Assembly (NCBI GenBank): GCA_963920595.1
Contig: OY986950.1
Coordinates: 806,001-870,000, forward strand
Reading direction: 5' to 3'
Source of the DNA: Eimeria praecox
Lineage: Eukaryota
Length of the DNA: 64,000 nucleotides
In this document: one piece after another, positions 1 to 49,814 of the stretch
How the letters are laid out: each line of letters starts with the position of its first letter
Position numbering within the stretch: position 1 is the stretch's first letter
Made by a program: the position numbers and the translations under genes
Notes under the pieces: model-generated
Seen by the model: the letters and a program-made list of their open reading frames with translations, nothing else
What the model was told of the DNA's origin: nothing
Databases searched by the model: none

Positions 1-132
1 TCGAATAAAAAACATTATAACAAATACGTTTGTCTACATTATTTTATATTTATTTATTTTATATTTATTTATTTTTTTCTAGATAAATATTTATGATGAA
101 TGCGAACTCTATAATATTTGTCTTTAATATGC

Positions 133-253
<121 letters not shown>

Positions 254-604
254 CTGTAGCATTGTTTGTCTTTAATAAACACGTATACATTAATATTTAT
301 TAAATATAATAAATATAAAAATAAAAAATACAAACAAAGTATATAATATATGTTTGAGGCATACATCATATAGGATAACAAAATACAATATAGTCTAAAA
401 CAAAATAATAAAATAAAATAAAATAAAATAAAATAAAATAAAATAATATAATATAATATAATATAAATAGTTTAATATAATATTAATACAAATAAAAATA
501 TAAATACAAACAAACAAAACAAGATAATACAATTTAAGTCTGCGGTGTCTCCGCAGTTTTAAAAAAATATTAATCTTTCTGTTTTTTATATTTTTATTTA
601 TCTT

Positions 605-643
<39 letters not shown>

Positions 644-707
644 TTTTGTTTTAATTTAAATTAAAAAACACAAAAGATACAACAGCTATCCCACATACAC
701 CCCATCA

Positions 708-1361
<654 letters not shown>

Positions 1362-1408
1362 TCGTTGATATATCAGCTTAAGGGGGACAGAAATTTAAAC
1401 AAAGACAC

Positions 1409-1513
1409 AAACCCTAAACCCTAAACCCTAAACCCTAAACCCTAAACCCTCAATCCCGTCTCAAATTTGAGTTTAGGGTTTAGGGTTTAGGGTTTAGGGT
1501 TTAGGGTTTAGGG

Positions 1514-1515
<2 letters not shown>
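1409..1515. repeat. Inverted pair of telomere-like arrays (AAACCCT)6 - 20 bp - (TTTAGGG)6
   Basis: 1409-1450 and 1471-1515. Confidence 0.95.
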
Positions 1516-10110
<8,595 letters not shown>

Positions 10111-10195
10111 CGCATTTATTTATATTTTAATTTTTTTTGTTTTCTAAAACGTCAAAACTTCTCCTTGAGGTGTATATACACCTCAAACAAATTTA

Positions 10196-10235
<40 letters not shown>

Positions 10236-10892
10236 GTAATAATAGACACGAAATATTCAAATTCTTTGGATCTAAATCTAAATAAAATAAAATATAAATA
10301 TGAATATAAATATAAATATAAATATAAATTTATTTATATTTTAAAATAAAACAAAAAAAACAAAAAAAATTCTGAGATATATTTAATTTTCTTCTTGTTT
10401 GTATATTTTTCTACTTCTCTCTCGATCAACAAAGTACGAAATAAATATATTTTTAATAAATATAAATAAAAATTAATTATATTTTATTTTTATTTATATA
10501 TTTCAAATTAAATAATACAAATAAATACAAATATATAATCATATAAACACATTTCGATCCTACTACACCCTTCGAGCTAGGGGGTAGGGGGGGGGGGGGG
10601 GCCCAGTGTATAAACACGTATAATTTTTCTTAATTTTTTCTGTTTTTTTCAAATTATTAAAATAAAATATAATTAATTTATTAATTTTGGTTTTTTTATT
10701 CTTTTTTTTATTTATTTAAACTGTCATTTACCCTCAAAGCCGCAGCATCGACGGCCCCCCCCCCCCCCCCCCCCTCCCTCTCTCTTCTGTATGTGCCTCT
10801 AAACTTCTTGTTTTTTCTTCTTTCTTCTTTGTTTTATTTTTATTTTTATTAATTTAATTTATTTAATTAATTTAATTTATTTTATCCCGCGA

Positions 10893-21344
<10,452 letters not shown>

Positions 21345-21355
21345 TAACAACACAA

Positions 21356-21386
<31 letters not shown>

Positions 21387-22059
21387 AGCAGCAGCAAGAG
21401 CAGCAGGAGCAGCAGCAGCAAGAGCAACAGGAGCAACAGCAGCAGAAGCAGCAACAGTAGCTGCAGCAGCAGCAAGAGCAACAGCAGCAGGAGCAGCAAC
21501 AGTAGCTGATGCAGCAGCAGCAATAACAGCTGCAGCAACAGCAGCAGCAACTGCAGCAGCAGGTGCAGCAGCAACTGCTGCTGCTGTAGTAGTGTTTTAA
21601 AGATAGATATGTTTTTCTTTTTCTGTTTTTATTTATAAAACAAATCTATTATTTATTTGTTTTATTTATTTAATTAATTAATTTTATTTCGTTTATCTAA
21701 TTTATTTTATTATTTATTTTATTTAATTTATTTAATTTATTTAATTATTTAATTTATTTAAATTTATTTATTTGTTGTTGTCTAACAATTTAAGAAAATA
21801 TAAAAAAGAGTAAGAGAAAGAAAGAAGAAAAAGTAAGAGAGAAGATAAACAGCAACACAGCAGCAAACATACATTTAAACACAAAACACACTGCTGCTGC
21901 TGCTGCTGTTGCTGTTGCTGCAGCTGCTGCTGCTGTTGCTGTTGGTGCTGCTGTTGGTGCTGCTGTTGCTGCTGCTGCTGCTGTTGCTGCTGTTGCTGTA
22001 GCTGTTGCTGCAGCTGCTGCTGTTGCTGTTGGTGCTGCTGTTGCTGCAGCTGCTGCTGT

Positions 22060-22094
<35 letters not shown>

Positions 22095-22133
22095 CTGTTA
22101 TTGCTGCTGCTGCTGCAGCTACTGTTGCTGCTT

Positions 22134-22172
<39 letters not shown>

Positions 22173-22515
22173 CTGCTGCTGTAGCTGCTGCAGGGTGTTT
22201 ACATTAAAACTTATTTCTTTATTTTGTCGTTTTGTTTTTATTTATGTTTATTTTTATTTTTTATTTATTTTTCTAAATTTCGAGCGATACAAAATATAAA
22301 TTATTTGCGTTTATATTTATATATTTGTATTTATTTATATTTTATTTATATTTTGTTTGTATTATATTTATATTTTATTTATATTTTATTTATATTTTAT
22401 TTACAGTTAGTTAGTTTTATTTGTTTATTTGTTTATTTATTTTCTGATGTTTTGTTTATTTGCTGCCTTGCTTGCCTATGATATCGGTTATACGTCTAGT
22501 CCTGTATAACAAACA

Positions 22516-22554
<39 letters not shown>

Positions 22555-22629
22555 AATTAAATAATTAAATAATTAAATAATATTTAATTGAATACATAGA
22601 TAAAATAGATGAAAGAAAAACTAAGTAAA

Positions 22630-22689
<60 letters not shown>

Positions 22690-23274
22690 GTACACAAACA
22701 AATAAATAAATAAACAAACTACTTAGCAAATACGTAAATTAAATAGATAAATAAATTAAATAAATTAATAAATTAATAAATAAATTAATATAAATAAATA
22801 AAATCAAATTTTACTATAGCAGAAAAAATAAATAAATAAATAAATAAGCAACTAGAATAAATAAATAAATAATTTAAATAAATTAAATAAATTAAATAAA
22901 TTAATGAATTAAATAAATTAATAAATTAAATAAATTAAATAAATAAATAAATAAATAAATTAATAATATAAAATCTAACTCCGTCAAGATTCAATATAAC
23001 AACACAACAAAACACCAAAACACCAAAACAACAAACTCACTAAACAACGAACCAAACAAACAACTAATTAAATAAATTAAATTAAATTAATTAATTAAAT
23101 TAATTAATTAATTTAATTAATTAATTAATTTAATTAATTAATTAAATTAATTAATTAATTAAATTAATTAATTAAGTTAATAAATAAGTTAATTAAATTA
23201 ATTAAAACAATTAAATTATATTAATTAATTAAATTAATTAATTAAATTAATTAATGAATTAACTAAACCCAATC

Positions 23275-28709
<5,435 letters not shown>

Positions 28710-28718
28710 CTTCCTAGC

Positions 28719-29001
28719 TAGGGTTTAGGGTTTAGGGTTTAGGGTTTAGGGTTTAGGGTTTAGGGTTTAGGGGTTGTTAGGGTTTTTAGGGTTTAGGGTT
28801 TAGGGTTTGGTAGGGTTTAGGGTTTAGGGGTTGTTAGGGTTTATATGTTGTGTGTTGATAGGATGTAGATCAGAAAAGATTAATATAATTAAAAAAAAAA
28901 ATAAAAAACAAAATATAAAGAAATACAAAAAACACGTAAACCCTAAACCCTAAACCCTAAACCCTAAACCCTAAACCCTAAACCCTAAACCCTAAACCCT
29001 A
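28719..29001. repeat. Inverted telomere-like arrays upstream of PHB2 ATG (28719-28842 TTTAGGG; 28938-29001 CCCTAAA)
   Basis: Directly visible. Confidence 0.95.
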
Positions 29002-29411
29002 GTAGAAGGCTGCGGCTTAACTTCTATGGCAGCTGTCTTCAATGTTGTGATAAAATGTTTATTTATTTATTATTTTTATTATTATTTTAATAAAATAATT
29101 TAAATTTTATTTTAATTTAAACAAAACAAGAAAAAACAAAAGTTTTATTTATTTGCGTATGCATGCGTGTGTGGGGATGAATGGGGCTGGCAGGATGTGA
29201 TATTTGAAGGAGAAAAACAAGATAAAAACATATAAATATTTTAATTTTAAGATATAATTTAATTATATTTTTATTTTTTTATTTAATTTGAGATTTAAAT
29301 TAATAAAATTAAATAAGGTTTAGTGTTTCTCTCGCTTCAACTCTGTTTCTTTCTTACAAATATACAATGATAGATACAACAGATTCTTCTTCTTTATCTT
29401 TTGGGGCTTTG

Positions 29412-29423
29412 AATGCATGCATT
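29412..29423. promoter_or_regulatory. TGCATGCA octamer (ApiAP2-type motif) within AATGCATGCATT upstream of PHB2
   Basis: Motif visible. TGCATGCA is a known apicomplexan over-represented, AP2-bound element. Function at this site is not shown. Confidence 0.35.
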
Positions 29424-30424
29424 AACATCAAATATAAATAGGGTTTAGGGGTTAGGGTTTAGGGTTAGGGTTTAGGGTTTAGGATAGTTGTTTCTCTACG
29501 ACCTCCCTTGTCTGTTAGTATACCTGCGGGAAGATTAGGGTTTAGGGTTTAGGGTTTAGGGTTTGAGGGGTTAGAAGATAGAAAATATTTAAAATATTTT
29601 AAATAAAGTTTGTTTGCTCAAGTTCTTTAGTTGCTGTTTGAAGAGAGTATATAAGATAATACATTAATAATAATAATTATTATTAATAATATTATTATTA
29701 ATATTATTATTTTATTCTTAGTATTATCTTAATAATAATAATAATAATCTAATATTATTAAATTCTATTACTTGCTACTTTGTCTTACGAAGAGAGAAAG
29801 AAAGAAAGAAAAAATATAAAAAACAGAAAGAGAAATAGAAGAATATAAAATAAAAATAAACAAAAACAACAACAAAATATTTGAAGATATTATTACTAAT
29901 AATAAAACAAATAACATAAAATGTAATAAACAAAATAAAAAGAAGAAGAAGAAGAGAGGAAGAGAAATCGAAGAAAGAAAACAAAGATAAACAAAAAAGA
30001 AAAACAGAAAAATATAAATAAATAGAAAAATTAAAATAATAGAAAGTAGATGTTAATAAATAATAATTATTAATAAAAGTTAATAATAAATAGTAAATAA
30101 TAAATAATAAATAGTAAATAATGAATAATAAATAATAAATAATAAAGTATTTAAAATAAATAATAAAGTTTAAACGATTTCTTAGAGTTTCTAGTGTACA
30201 GACAGCTAACTAGCTACATCCCCCGTATCTTTAGAAAACATTCTTCTAATAATATATTTAATATATAATTAAAACATATATATATATATATATATATATA
30301 ATCGCCATAGAAAGAGCCCTAATGTTTGTTAGTATATATTTAATAAACTGTATATACAGGCGAAGTCTTTAGCTGTATATACAACAGAATAAAAAAAAAC
30401 AATAAAATATTAAAATATTAAAAA

Positions 30425-41779
<11,355 letters not shown>

Positions 41780-41873
41780 TAGCCAACAGCAAAACCATCC
41801 GAATGAACCTCAAACCCTAAACCCTAAACCCTAAACCCTAAACCCTAAGCCCTAAGCCCTAAACCCTAAGCCC

Positions 41874-42073
41874 NNNNNNNNNNNNNNNNNNNNNNNNNNN
41901 NNNNNNNNNNNNNNNNNNNNNNNNNNNNNNNNNNNNNNNNNNNNNNNNNNNNNNNNNNNNNNNNNNNNNNNNNNNNNNNNNNNNNNNNNNNNNNNNNNNN
42001 NNNNNNNNNNNNNNNNNNNNNNNNNNNNNNNNNNNNNNNNNNNNNNNNNNNNNNNNNNNNNNNNNNNNNNNNN
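41874..42073. other. Assembly gap (200 N) inside a CCCTAAA/CCCTAAG array
   Basis: N run flanked on both sides by telomere-like repeat. Confidence 0.99.
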
Positions 42074-42509
42074 ACCCTAAACCCTAAGCCCTAAACCCTA
42101 AACCCTAAGCCCTAAAATAATATATATATGTCGAGGCACATGCGTCTCTTCTATATACACCAGAAATTAAGCTGTCTATACACCTGAAGAGCTGCCAGCT
42201 ACCTTCTACGCAGCCCGCTGCAGCAGGAGTTGCTGCTGCTGTTGCTCCTGTTGCTGCTGTTGCTGCTGCTGCTGCTGTTGCTGCTGTTGCTGCTGTTGCT
42301 GTTGCTGCTGTTTGCTGCTGTTGCTGCTGTTGCTGCTGTTGCTGCTGTTGCTGCTGTTTGCTGCTGTTGCTGCTGTTGCTGCTGTTGCTGCTGTTGCTGC
42401 TGTTGCTGCTGTTGTTGCTGTTTGTTGCTACTGTTGCTTTTGCTGCCGCTGCAGCGGTTGCTGCTTTTGCTGCTGCAGCGGTTGCTGTTCCCCTTGCAGT
42501 CGTTGCTGC

Positions 42510-42575
<66 letters not shown>

Positions 42576-42943
42576 TGCGATAAGGGTTTCAGGTGTTATT
42601 GAGTCGGCGGGGGCCCCCGCGAGGTATGTAGGGTTCTTAGGTTTGTTTGTTTAAAAGAGTGTTTCGCAGGGTTTTAAATAAATAATATAATTAATTAATA
42701 TATTTAGAAACAAAAAAGACAAATAAATATATAATATTCAACATCAATCCCTGCATCCTTCTACTGCTGCAGCGGGGCCCCCCTTCATGTGCATGTAACG
42801 CTACAGCCCTTATAAACAATATTTATTATTTTATTTATTTATTATTTATTGTTTTATTTGTTTTTTTAAATACTTTAAATGATTGTAGAAGAAACACTAA
42901 ACAATAAACACATTCTTATACCCCCAGATGCTCTCACCACCTT

Positions 42944-43182
42944 AAACCCTAAACCCTAAACCCTAAACCCTAAACCCTAAACCCTAAACCCTAGATTTTG
43001 AGGCCTCAGGGCGACCGCCTTGTCTTACTGCAAGCTCATAAGGAAGAAACACAATCCTGTTCTTTCAAGTTTCTTGTGTATGATCTGGCGGTTTAGGGTT
43101 TAACCCTCCCCTTCTCCTTTCTCCTTTCTAATTAGGGTTTAGGGTTTAGGGTTTAGGGTTTAGGGTTTAGGGTTTAGGGTTT
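42944..43182. repeat. Inverted telomere-like arrays upstream of the RBFA ATG
   Basis: 42944-42993 CCCTAAA; 43132-43182 TTTAGGG. Confidence 0.95.
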
Positions 43183-43199
43183 GTGTGTAAGCTTGTTTC

Positions 43200-43292
43200 A
43201 TGAGACCGCACTCCCTGGGGGCCCTTGAGGGCCCCCCTCTGTCCCTTCTTAGGAGGCGGAATATACTGTGGGGTCCCCTTCATTCTATGCAG

Positions 43293-43324
<32 letters not shown>

Positions 43325-43497
43325 ACAACAGCAGCAGCAGCAACAACAATATCTATTTCTATCACCGCAGGATTCATTACGTTCTGTTTATCTTGCTAGA
43401 CGATACAACAGATTTCGTTCTTCTCCTCAACTTCTCCAAATTTCTTCTATTCCTTTATCTGCTGCAGCCGCGTTTGCTGCTGCTGCAGCAGCAGCCC

Positions 43498-43552
<55 letters not shown>

Positions 43553-43693
43553 TAGAACCCTAGGATGTCGTAGTTTTTCTAGTAGGCGAAGTAGAAGACA
43601 AGAAGAAATTTGGGAAGAAGAATATTTGGCGAGTGATCTTAAAGAAATAATCAAACAAGTTGATGACGCAGAAAACAAACATGCAAGGCTTAC

Positions 43694-43756
<63 letters not shown>

Positions 43757-44399
43757 GCTTGTTTCTTTTACTGTTGTTTGTTTTATTTGTTCGTTTGTTT
43801 TATTGTTGTTTGTTTTGTATTCTCATGTGTTTGTGTTTGTATTATTTTTATTTTCTTATGATATATGTATAATTCTTCTTGTTATCTCGAGTGTATCCCC
43901 AGCTATTTGTATTTGTGTTGTTATTTCTTTCTCTCTCCATTTATTCTACTTCAGTCATTTCATTTAATTCTATCACTTTTTGGTTTTTGCTCTTCTTTGT
44001 TTTTCTCTGCTTAAAAGAAAACAAAAAATTCAGAAAAAAATCAAACAAATACAAAAAACGAAAATAGAAACAAAGAACGCTAAACAACTACATCACATTT
44101 ATTATGATAATAACAATAACAATAACAATAACGATAACAATAACAATAACAGTAACAGTAACAATAATAACAACAACAATAACAATAACAATAACAATAA
44201 CAATAACAATAACAGTAACAGTAACAGTAATAACAACAACAATAACAATAACAATAACAATAACAATAACAATAACAGTAACAGTAACAGTAATAACAAC
44301 AACAATAACAATAACAATAACAATAACAATAATAACAATAATAACAATAATAATAGCATGCGTGTAGTGTCGTTGAAATATCTTTCTCTGTTTTCTGTG

Positions 44400-44482
<83 letters not shown>

Positions 44483-46604
44483 ATATATATATATGTAAAT
44501 ATATATATATGTATATATGTATGTATAGGCGTTGAGAAGCCCTCAGTGTGGGAGAATGAAGAACTGAAGAACGAATTTAAGAGAAGTGTAGGAAGGAGAA
44601 ATCTTAGACTTTTTTCTGCAAAGTCTGCGGGAGAAACAAAGACAGAAAAATCGTCAGAGGATTTCCTCTCTGATACAAATATTCAACACGAATACGAAAA
44701 TGAAGAAACACACGAAAATACAACAGAGCAAGGATGGGCTGAATGCCTCAAGAAATACAGAAGAAATCGCAGGACACCCTTCAGCCCTTCTCTGCCTTCT
44801 CTAAAACAAAGAAATAGAAAGCAAAATACAAATCCAAATATATTATCACGTAAACATTCAAAAACGACGAAATCTCGCTTCCCCCTCCCCTCTGTGTAGA
44901 TAGACAGACACTTAAAGTCGTATTAGCTAATAATAACCCGTGCAGAGAGAAAATTCGAAAGTAAGCAACAAGAGAAACAAACACAGACACATCGCTAAGC
45001 GATCTCAGCATGTGGCTTCAGACGCTGTTTGCTGTTTACAGTCGATGAGGAGGAGGCGGAGGAGATGGCGACGCTGAAGGATTGTAATACAGTAAATGCT
45101 GCTGCTAGCACAGCAGTAGCAGGAGAAGCGTCTTCAGAGTTTCCTGAACAGAAGACGGATCCTTATGAAGAGCTTTTCGACTATGTTTCTCTTAAGGGAG
45201 GACCCTATCAAGATCTAACGCATGAAGAAGTGACACGCATGCGCGAGGCGTACGAGCAGAAGCTCCTTCTAGACAGACGTATTCGCTGGCTGAAGGCCAG
45301 AGCACTTCCCGACCCTGAAAGAGAAGCAGCAGCAATCCTCCGTCAGAAGCCACCTCAAGTAGGCCTTTCTTAGAACCCTCTTGCTTATTTAAAACCCTTC
45401 CCCTACGAATTTGGAAGTCTAGCTAGCTAGCTGTAGTTTGCTTGATACAAACATGCCTCAAACTTCTTCACCCTTCTTCGCTTTCATGGGCACCTGTAGT
45501 GTAGCGGCTCCTTAGCTTCTGCTGGTGTATATTTGTTCCTAGCTGACTTCCGAGGTAGTAAAGGGATCCACAATAAATTTTGAGAGGTCTCCTTCTTGAA
45601 ACAGGGACTTGATCATGAAAATGCGATGATAAGACCTGTGCAGATATATTCTGGAAGCACGTCCTTGTGGCCTGACACCGGAGACACAGATGAAACAGTG
45701 TCCCCTCACTGAATTTGTTGAATTGCTGTGGCTCCTCTCCCTGCTTTCCTAGACGGAAGACTCTCTTATCAAGACGTTAGGCGTGGATGACGGTGTGAGA
45801 GGTGCCCGACGCCTAGTTCGGATGGAAGCAGATGCAGAACGACAAGAGTTGGCCTCTCGCATACGAGCAAAGATGCGTGAGGAAAAGCTTGCAAATGCAA
45901 AACTCATGAAAACTGCATTGCCTAATGTTCAAGGTAAGAAGAAGATGCGGATATTTGTGGACTCCATCCCATTCCGAGCACTCATCACTTAGGTAAGGGC
46001 GGTAAAAATACAACATATTCGGCATTGACTCGCTTATCCTTCGTCTCAGGCCACATTATGGACCCCATAAGATTCCACGTGGCTCGCAGAACCGTACGCC
46101 AGGCTCGACTCTTGCAATCGCAGCTAGAGGAATTTCTCACGTGGAACTCGGCAGAGGTCCTCCACGGCCTCCTGGGCGGAGCTTCAGTTTCGATTCATCA
46201 TGTGGAACATCAAACTACCAGGTGATTCTGGGGACCTCGTCTTTCTGTGTGCTGCTGTGTCTTTGCTTTCACTGAATACGTGGTAATGAAAACTTGCGCA
46301 AGCGCGTGCATGCGATTACAGGTCAACGTGCTATGTTTTTTTCACCGTCGCATCTAGACACGACCCCAAGGATGTCGAAGAGAGGCTGAACCGCGCAGCC
46401 CCGCACCTTCGAATGCAAATGGCAAGACGTTTAGAACTAGGATACACACCCCCGTTCCGCTTCATACATCATTCAGACGACGAGCTAATAGACAAACACG
46501 CCCTTCAGAAGTTCGCAAACGAATGCCAAGATATACATTCAAGAAGACAGAAGCAGAAAGTTATTGCATCCACATGGGGGGAAACAATGAAGGGAACTGC
46601 CTGA
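43200..46604 (+). CDS. RBFA: Ribosome-binding factor A domain protein, probably mitochondrial; exons about 43200-43695, 44529-44585(?), 45042-45358, 45753-45933, 46050-46221, 46322-46604
   Basis: C-terminal RbfA pattern [57 protein letters not shown]. The Arg/Ser-rich N-terminus (RSFSS) resembles a mitochondrial presequence. The 3' end of exon 2 is uncertain. Confidence 0.75.
44110..44355. repeat. (AATAAC)n hexanucleotide repeat, intronic
   Basis: Directly visible. Confidence 0.9.
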
Positions 46605-46950
46605 AAAATAGCTCAATTAACTCGCTGGCGAGGTCTGTGCAACGTTTCGCCGAAACCTTCCCCAGGTGTAGATCTATTTTGAACACTTTTATTATTTTCG
46701 TGGCAGGCAACGAATGCATGGACCTTGCGAGCTTTTTCTAAGTTTTAATGTGTTTTGCATTTTCAACTGGGAGCGTTTGTTGTGAACTGTTTGGGAGATG
46801 AGATGTGTTTCGATTGAAGCAACGTGCATCCATGCATAAGGCATGCATATGCTCGGTGGCTAGCAAAAAAGCGCCATCATGTTTTCGGTCGCCCACGTGC
46901 GCGCACTTGCTCTGCACATGTCGGCATTAGCTGGAAATGTTTGCGTTCTT

Positions 46951-49814
46951 TCACAGCCTTTCAGAATTATTGCTGAATCCTTTAGGAGCACTATTAGCAA
47001 TTTAGACTTGTTCCATGACGTGAATTCCCCCTTACCGGCCCCGTTGGATGAAGGCTTGCCGAAATGGTCTCGTGTAATCACGTACCAAAACCCTACACGT
47101 GTGGCATTGTCAAGGCATAAAATCCACGCCTGCGCAGAATCAGCTTACCATTTCCCCAGCTCTGCCAGAATGACTACGGGATCCCCAGGGTGAAGAATAG
47201 TGCCTTTCCACTTGCAGTAGCGGTCCACACTTGCAGTTCGTCTTGCATACATTTTAGTATGCTTAAACATTTTCCTGAATGCATCTGGGACGGCAACAGT
47301 AGGTACGTATCCTAACTCGCCGCCCTTTGTTCGACAAAATGCCCAGGAAGTGTTCTGAATTTTCATGGGACATGGGCTGTGAGAAAGAATATGGCTGGCA
47401 GTTATTGATCGCCTATCTCACCGTCACGGAGAACAGGAATACTTCATCTCCACAGCTTACGCTGAGAGTCCCTGGCTCATCGCTCTCGTAATTTTGCTCA
47501 ACAGTAACTAGAATGTCCTGTTTTGATCGAGGCTTGGGGTGTTTCACACGTTTGATAATGTTGGAAACGGACCTCAACTGCCCAATACTCGAATTCATGA
47601 GACGGATAACTCCTTTCAAACACGTTGGGGGGCTCTTTGTAAGACTGGACCTCCCCTTTTGTGGCAATCCAAAGTTGTAGCTGTTTTTCAATCGTCCTGT
47701 CATACGTAATTATTAGGGTATTGGATGTCTCGACGGGGCAACTGTCTTCGGTGTTGGTATTGGCGGCATCAGAAGCCTCATGGTGGTACTGGGATGCAAA
47801 TTGCTCCGCTAGAGATGCACCGAACTCCTGTTCCCCATCTGATGTGGTAGCATCCATATACATACGGGTCGCTTCGTTGTTTATCGTAGCAGTGGACTTT
47901 TCATCTTCTAAAGCTTTCGCCGATTGATGTTCGTCCTCTGCAGATGCGGGTTCATCACTGATTGCAACTACAGGGAAACCCCCTGGCTGTTCAAATTGAC
48001 GTTGCGATTGAGAAAAATCGGAGGATAGACCCTCGTGTGCATTTCCTGTTGAACGCTGCCTGTTGGAATCTTGAGTTTGCAAGGAATTCGGCGGGCTTTC
48101 TGTGTGACACGATTCGTTTTCCTGTCCCATTCTCGCTGCCGCAGGCAATCCATTTTCCTCGGCAAAATGTTTCTGTGTGACGCGTATATGTTGCCGATCT
48201 TGAGAATCCGATTTATCGCTACACTGCGAAGAACCTCCCTGAAGGGGCTACGTTTAGAAGATGAAGTATACGTTTGGATCTAGCTCATTCGTACCCTAGA
48301 TTGTGCTGGGTCGTTCACTTCAGATTGAGCGGCTGAGATTATGTAATCTGCTTCTTGCAAGTGTTGCTGGTGAATGTCTCGAAAGCACGAATTGTGCTCC
48401 ATTGAACTGCCTCTCGTGTGTCCAGTACCAAAAGCGTGGTGTGGTGGCTTATTGTCTTCATCGTCATCCAGTTGCTCTCCTTCCGGGAACGAACTGGGAG
48501 TTTCTCTTTCATTGTTTTCTTCAGAACATATCGGTATGGCTGTGCTCCCCGTTACTTCATCTTCTCGCTGTGCAAAATCAAGCGCATATTCGCCCTCTCC
48601 CTCTAGCTGCCCAAACGGTCCTCCGAAGACGTCCATAGCAGCATCTAGAAGGTATTCTGGTTGAATCGTCCTTGACGTTCTGAGTTCGGAGCGAAACAGC
48701 ATTCTCAGTGCCGAAAAGCTGCGAAGGTCTACGATCCTGTTAGCATTCGAGCTCTAAGTGCATCGATATATTATCTTGGGTGCAATAATGTTCCTTACCA
48801 CGTGCCAATGACAAATAACCCGGAAGAATCTCCAAGTTCGAAACCATCTGCCATCTGGAAGACATCGTAGACCCTAGCGTCGGACGGAGCAAGAGAGACA
48901 ATCCATCGAAAGGCTTTCTAGGAAATTACAGTTCACTTTTATGCTTGTAAAATAACCCAGAACATGAACGTCTTACATGCTTGCGAACAGTGACGTATCC
49001 GTAAGGACCCAATCCCCCATCACTGCAGGTATTGGCTATAAGGAAAATTTGCAACAAGGGGTAAGAGGGATCTCTTCTTTACCTTTGGATACGCACAGCT
49101 GGAACGTTTCTGACGAGCAGCAAAGAAGGTATCATATGTTGATCTCTCAAGCACACTGCCTTCTCAAAGGCTTCTCCTGCACCGCGCAGGTCGACTGCAA
49201 GTCTGAAGGAAGAGTTGCAAACAGAACGCTAGATATACCATGAAGGAGTAGCCTGACTCACTGAATTCTCGTAAAAACGAGGGCTAGAGTGTCTTTAGCG
49301 AAATAAATATCCTTTATGCTCTCCACATGGGGCCTATAAGAATTCAGATGGAGTTGAATTCTTAAAGGCCAACAGTTTGAGCAACTCTGACCCGCACTCA
49401 CACGTGTAACAAGGGTGAGGAAACTTGGACAACAGAACGGAATCCATCTGTCTGTGCAGCAACTGATGCCACACCAGCAACACTATCCGCAAGGCTCAGT
49501 GCAGGTAAGTTGAAGTATGCCCAGAGACATTGAAGGCGCAGTATTGAAGGCGAATCTGAGTTCAACTCCCTCCATACGTCGCATGATGCTTCACCACCAA
49601 CTCCTCTGTGAGGAGATTCCTGGGCGTTCCCCCAAAACACTGGAAGAACAGGCCTCGTGTTTACTGAGTGCGACAAATGCGGGTTCTCATAGTCTTCAGA
49701 AAGATGACCCGGGATATCTGTGTTTGAACTATCCCTCGTGGCTTCCTCTGCTCCATATCCTGTAGAAGGCGCTATGCGTGGCAGCTCTTCACCGCCGATC
49801 TCCGTAGAAGCCAT
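46951..49814 (-). CDS. Hypothetical multi-exon protein with acidic disordered middle and C-terminal SH3-like domain(s)
   Basis: Stacked minus-strand ORFs (49398-50111, 48280-48702, 47498-48148, 47413-47703, 47145-47366). Removing intron 47421-47355 gives VEQNYESDEPGTLSVSCGDEVFLFSVT/NTSWAFCRTKGGELGYVP, an SH3 consensus. Start, end and several junctions are tentative. Confidence 0.6.

Noticed and set aside
28719..29001. Telomere fusion scar or true chromosome end
   Set aside because: Arrays are short, separated by unique DNA, and one of many interstitial arrays among housekeeping genes.
42230..42654. Low-complexity plus-strand ORFs after the gap
   Set aside because: Almost entirely CTG/TTG repeat with no ATG start or domain.
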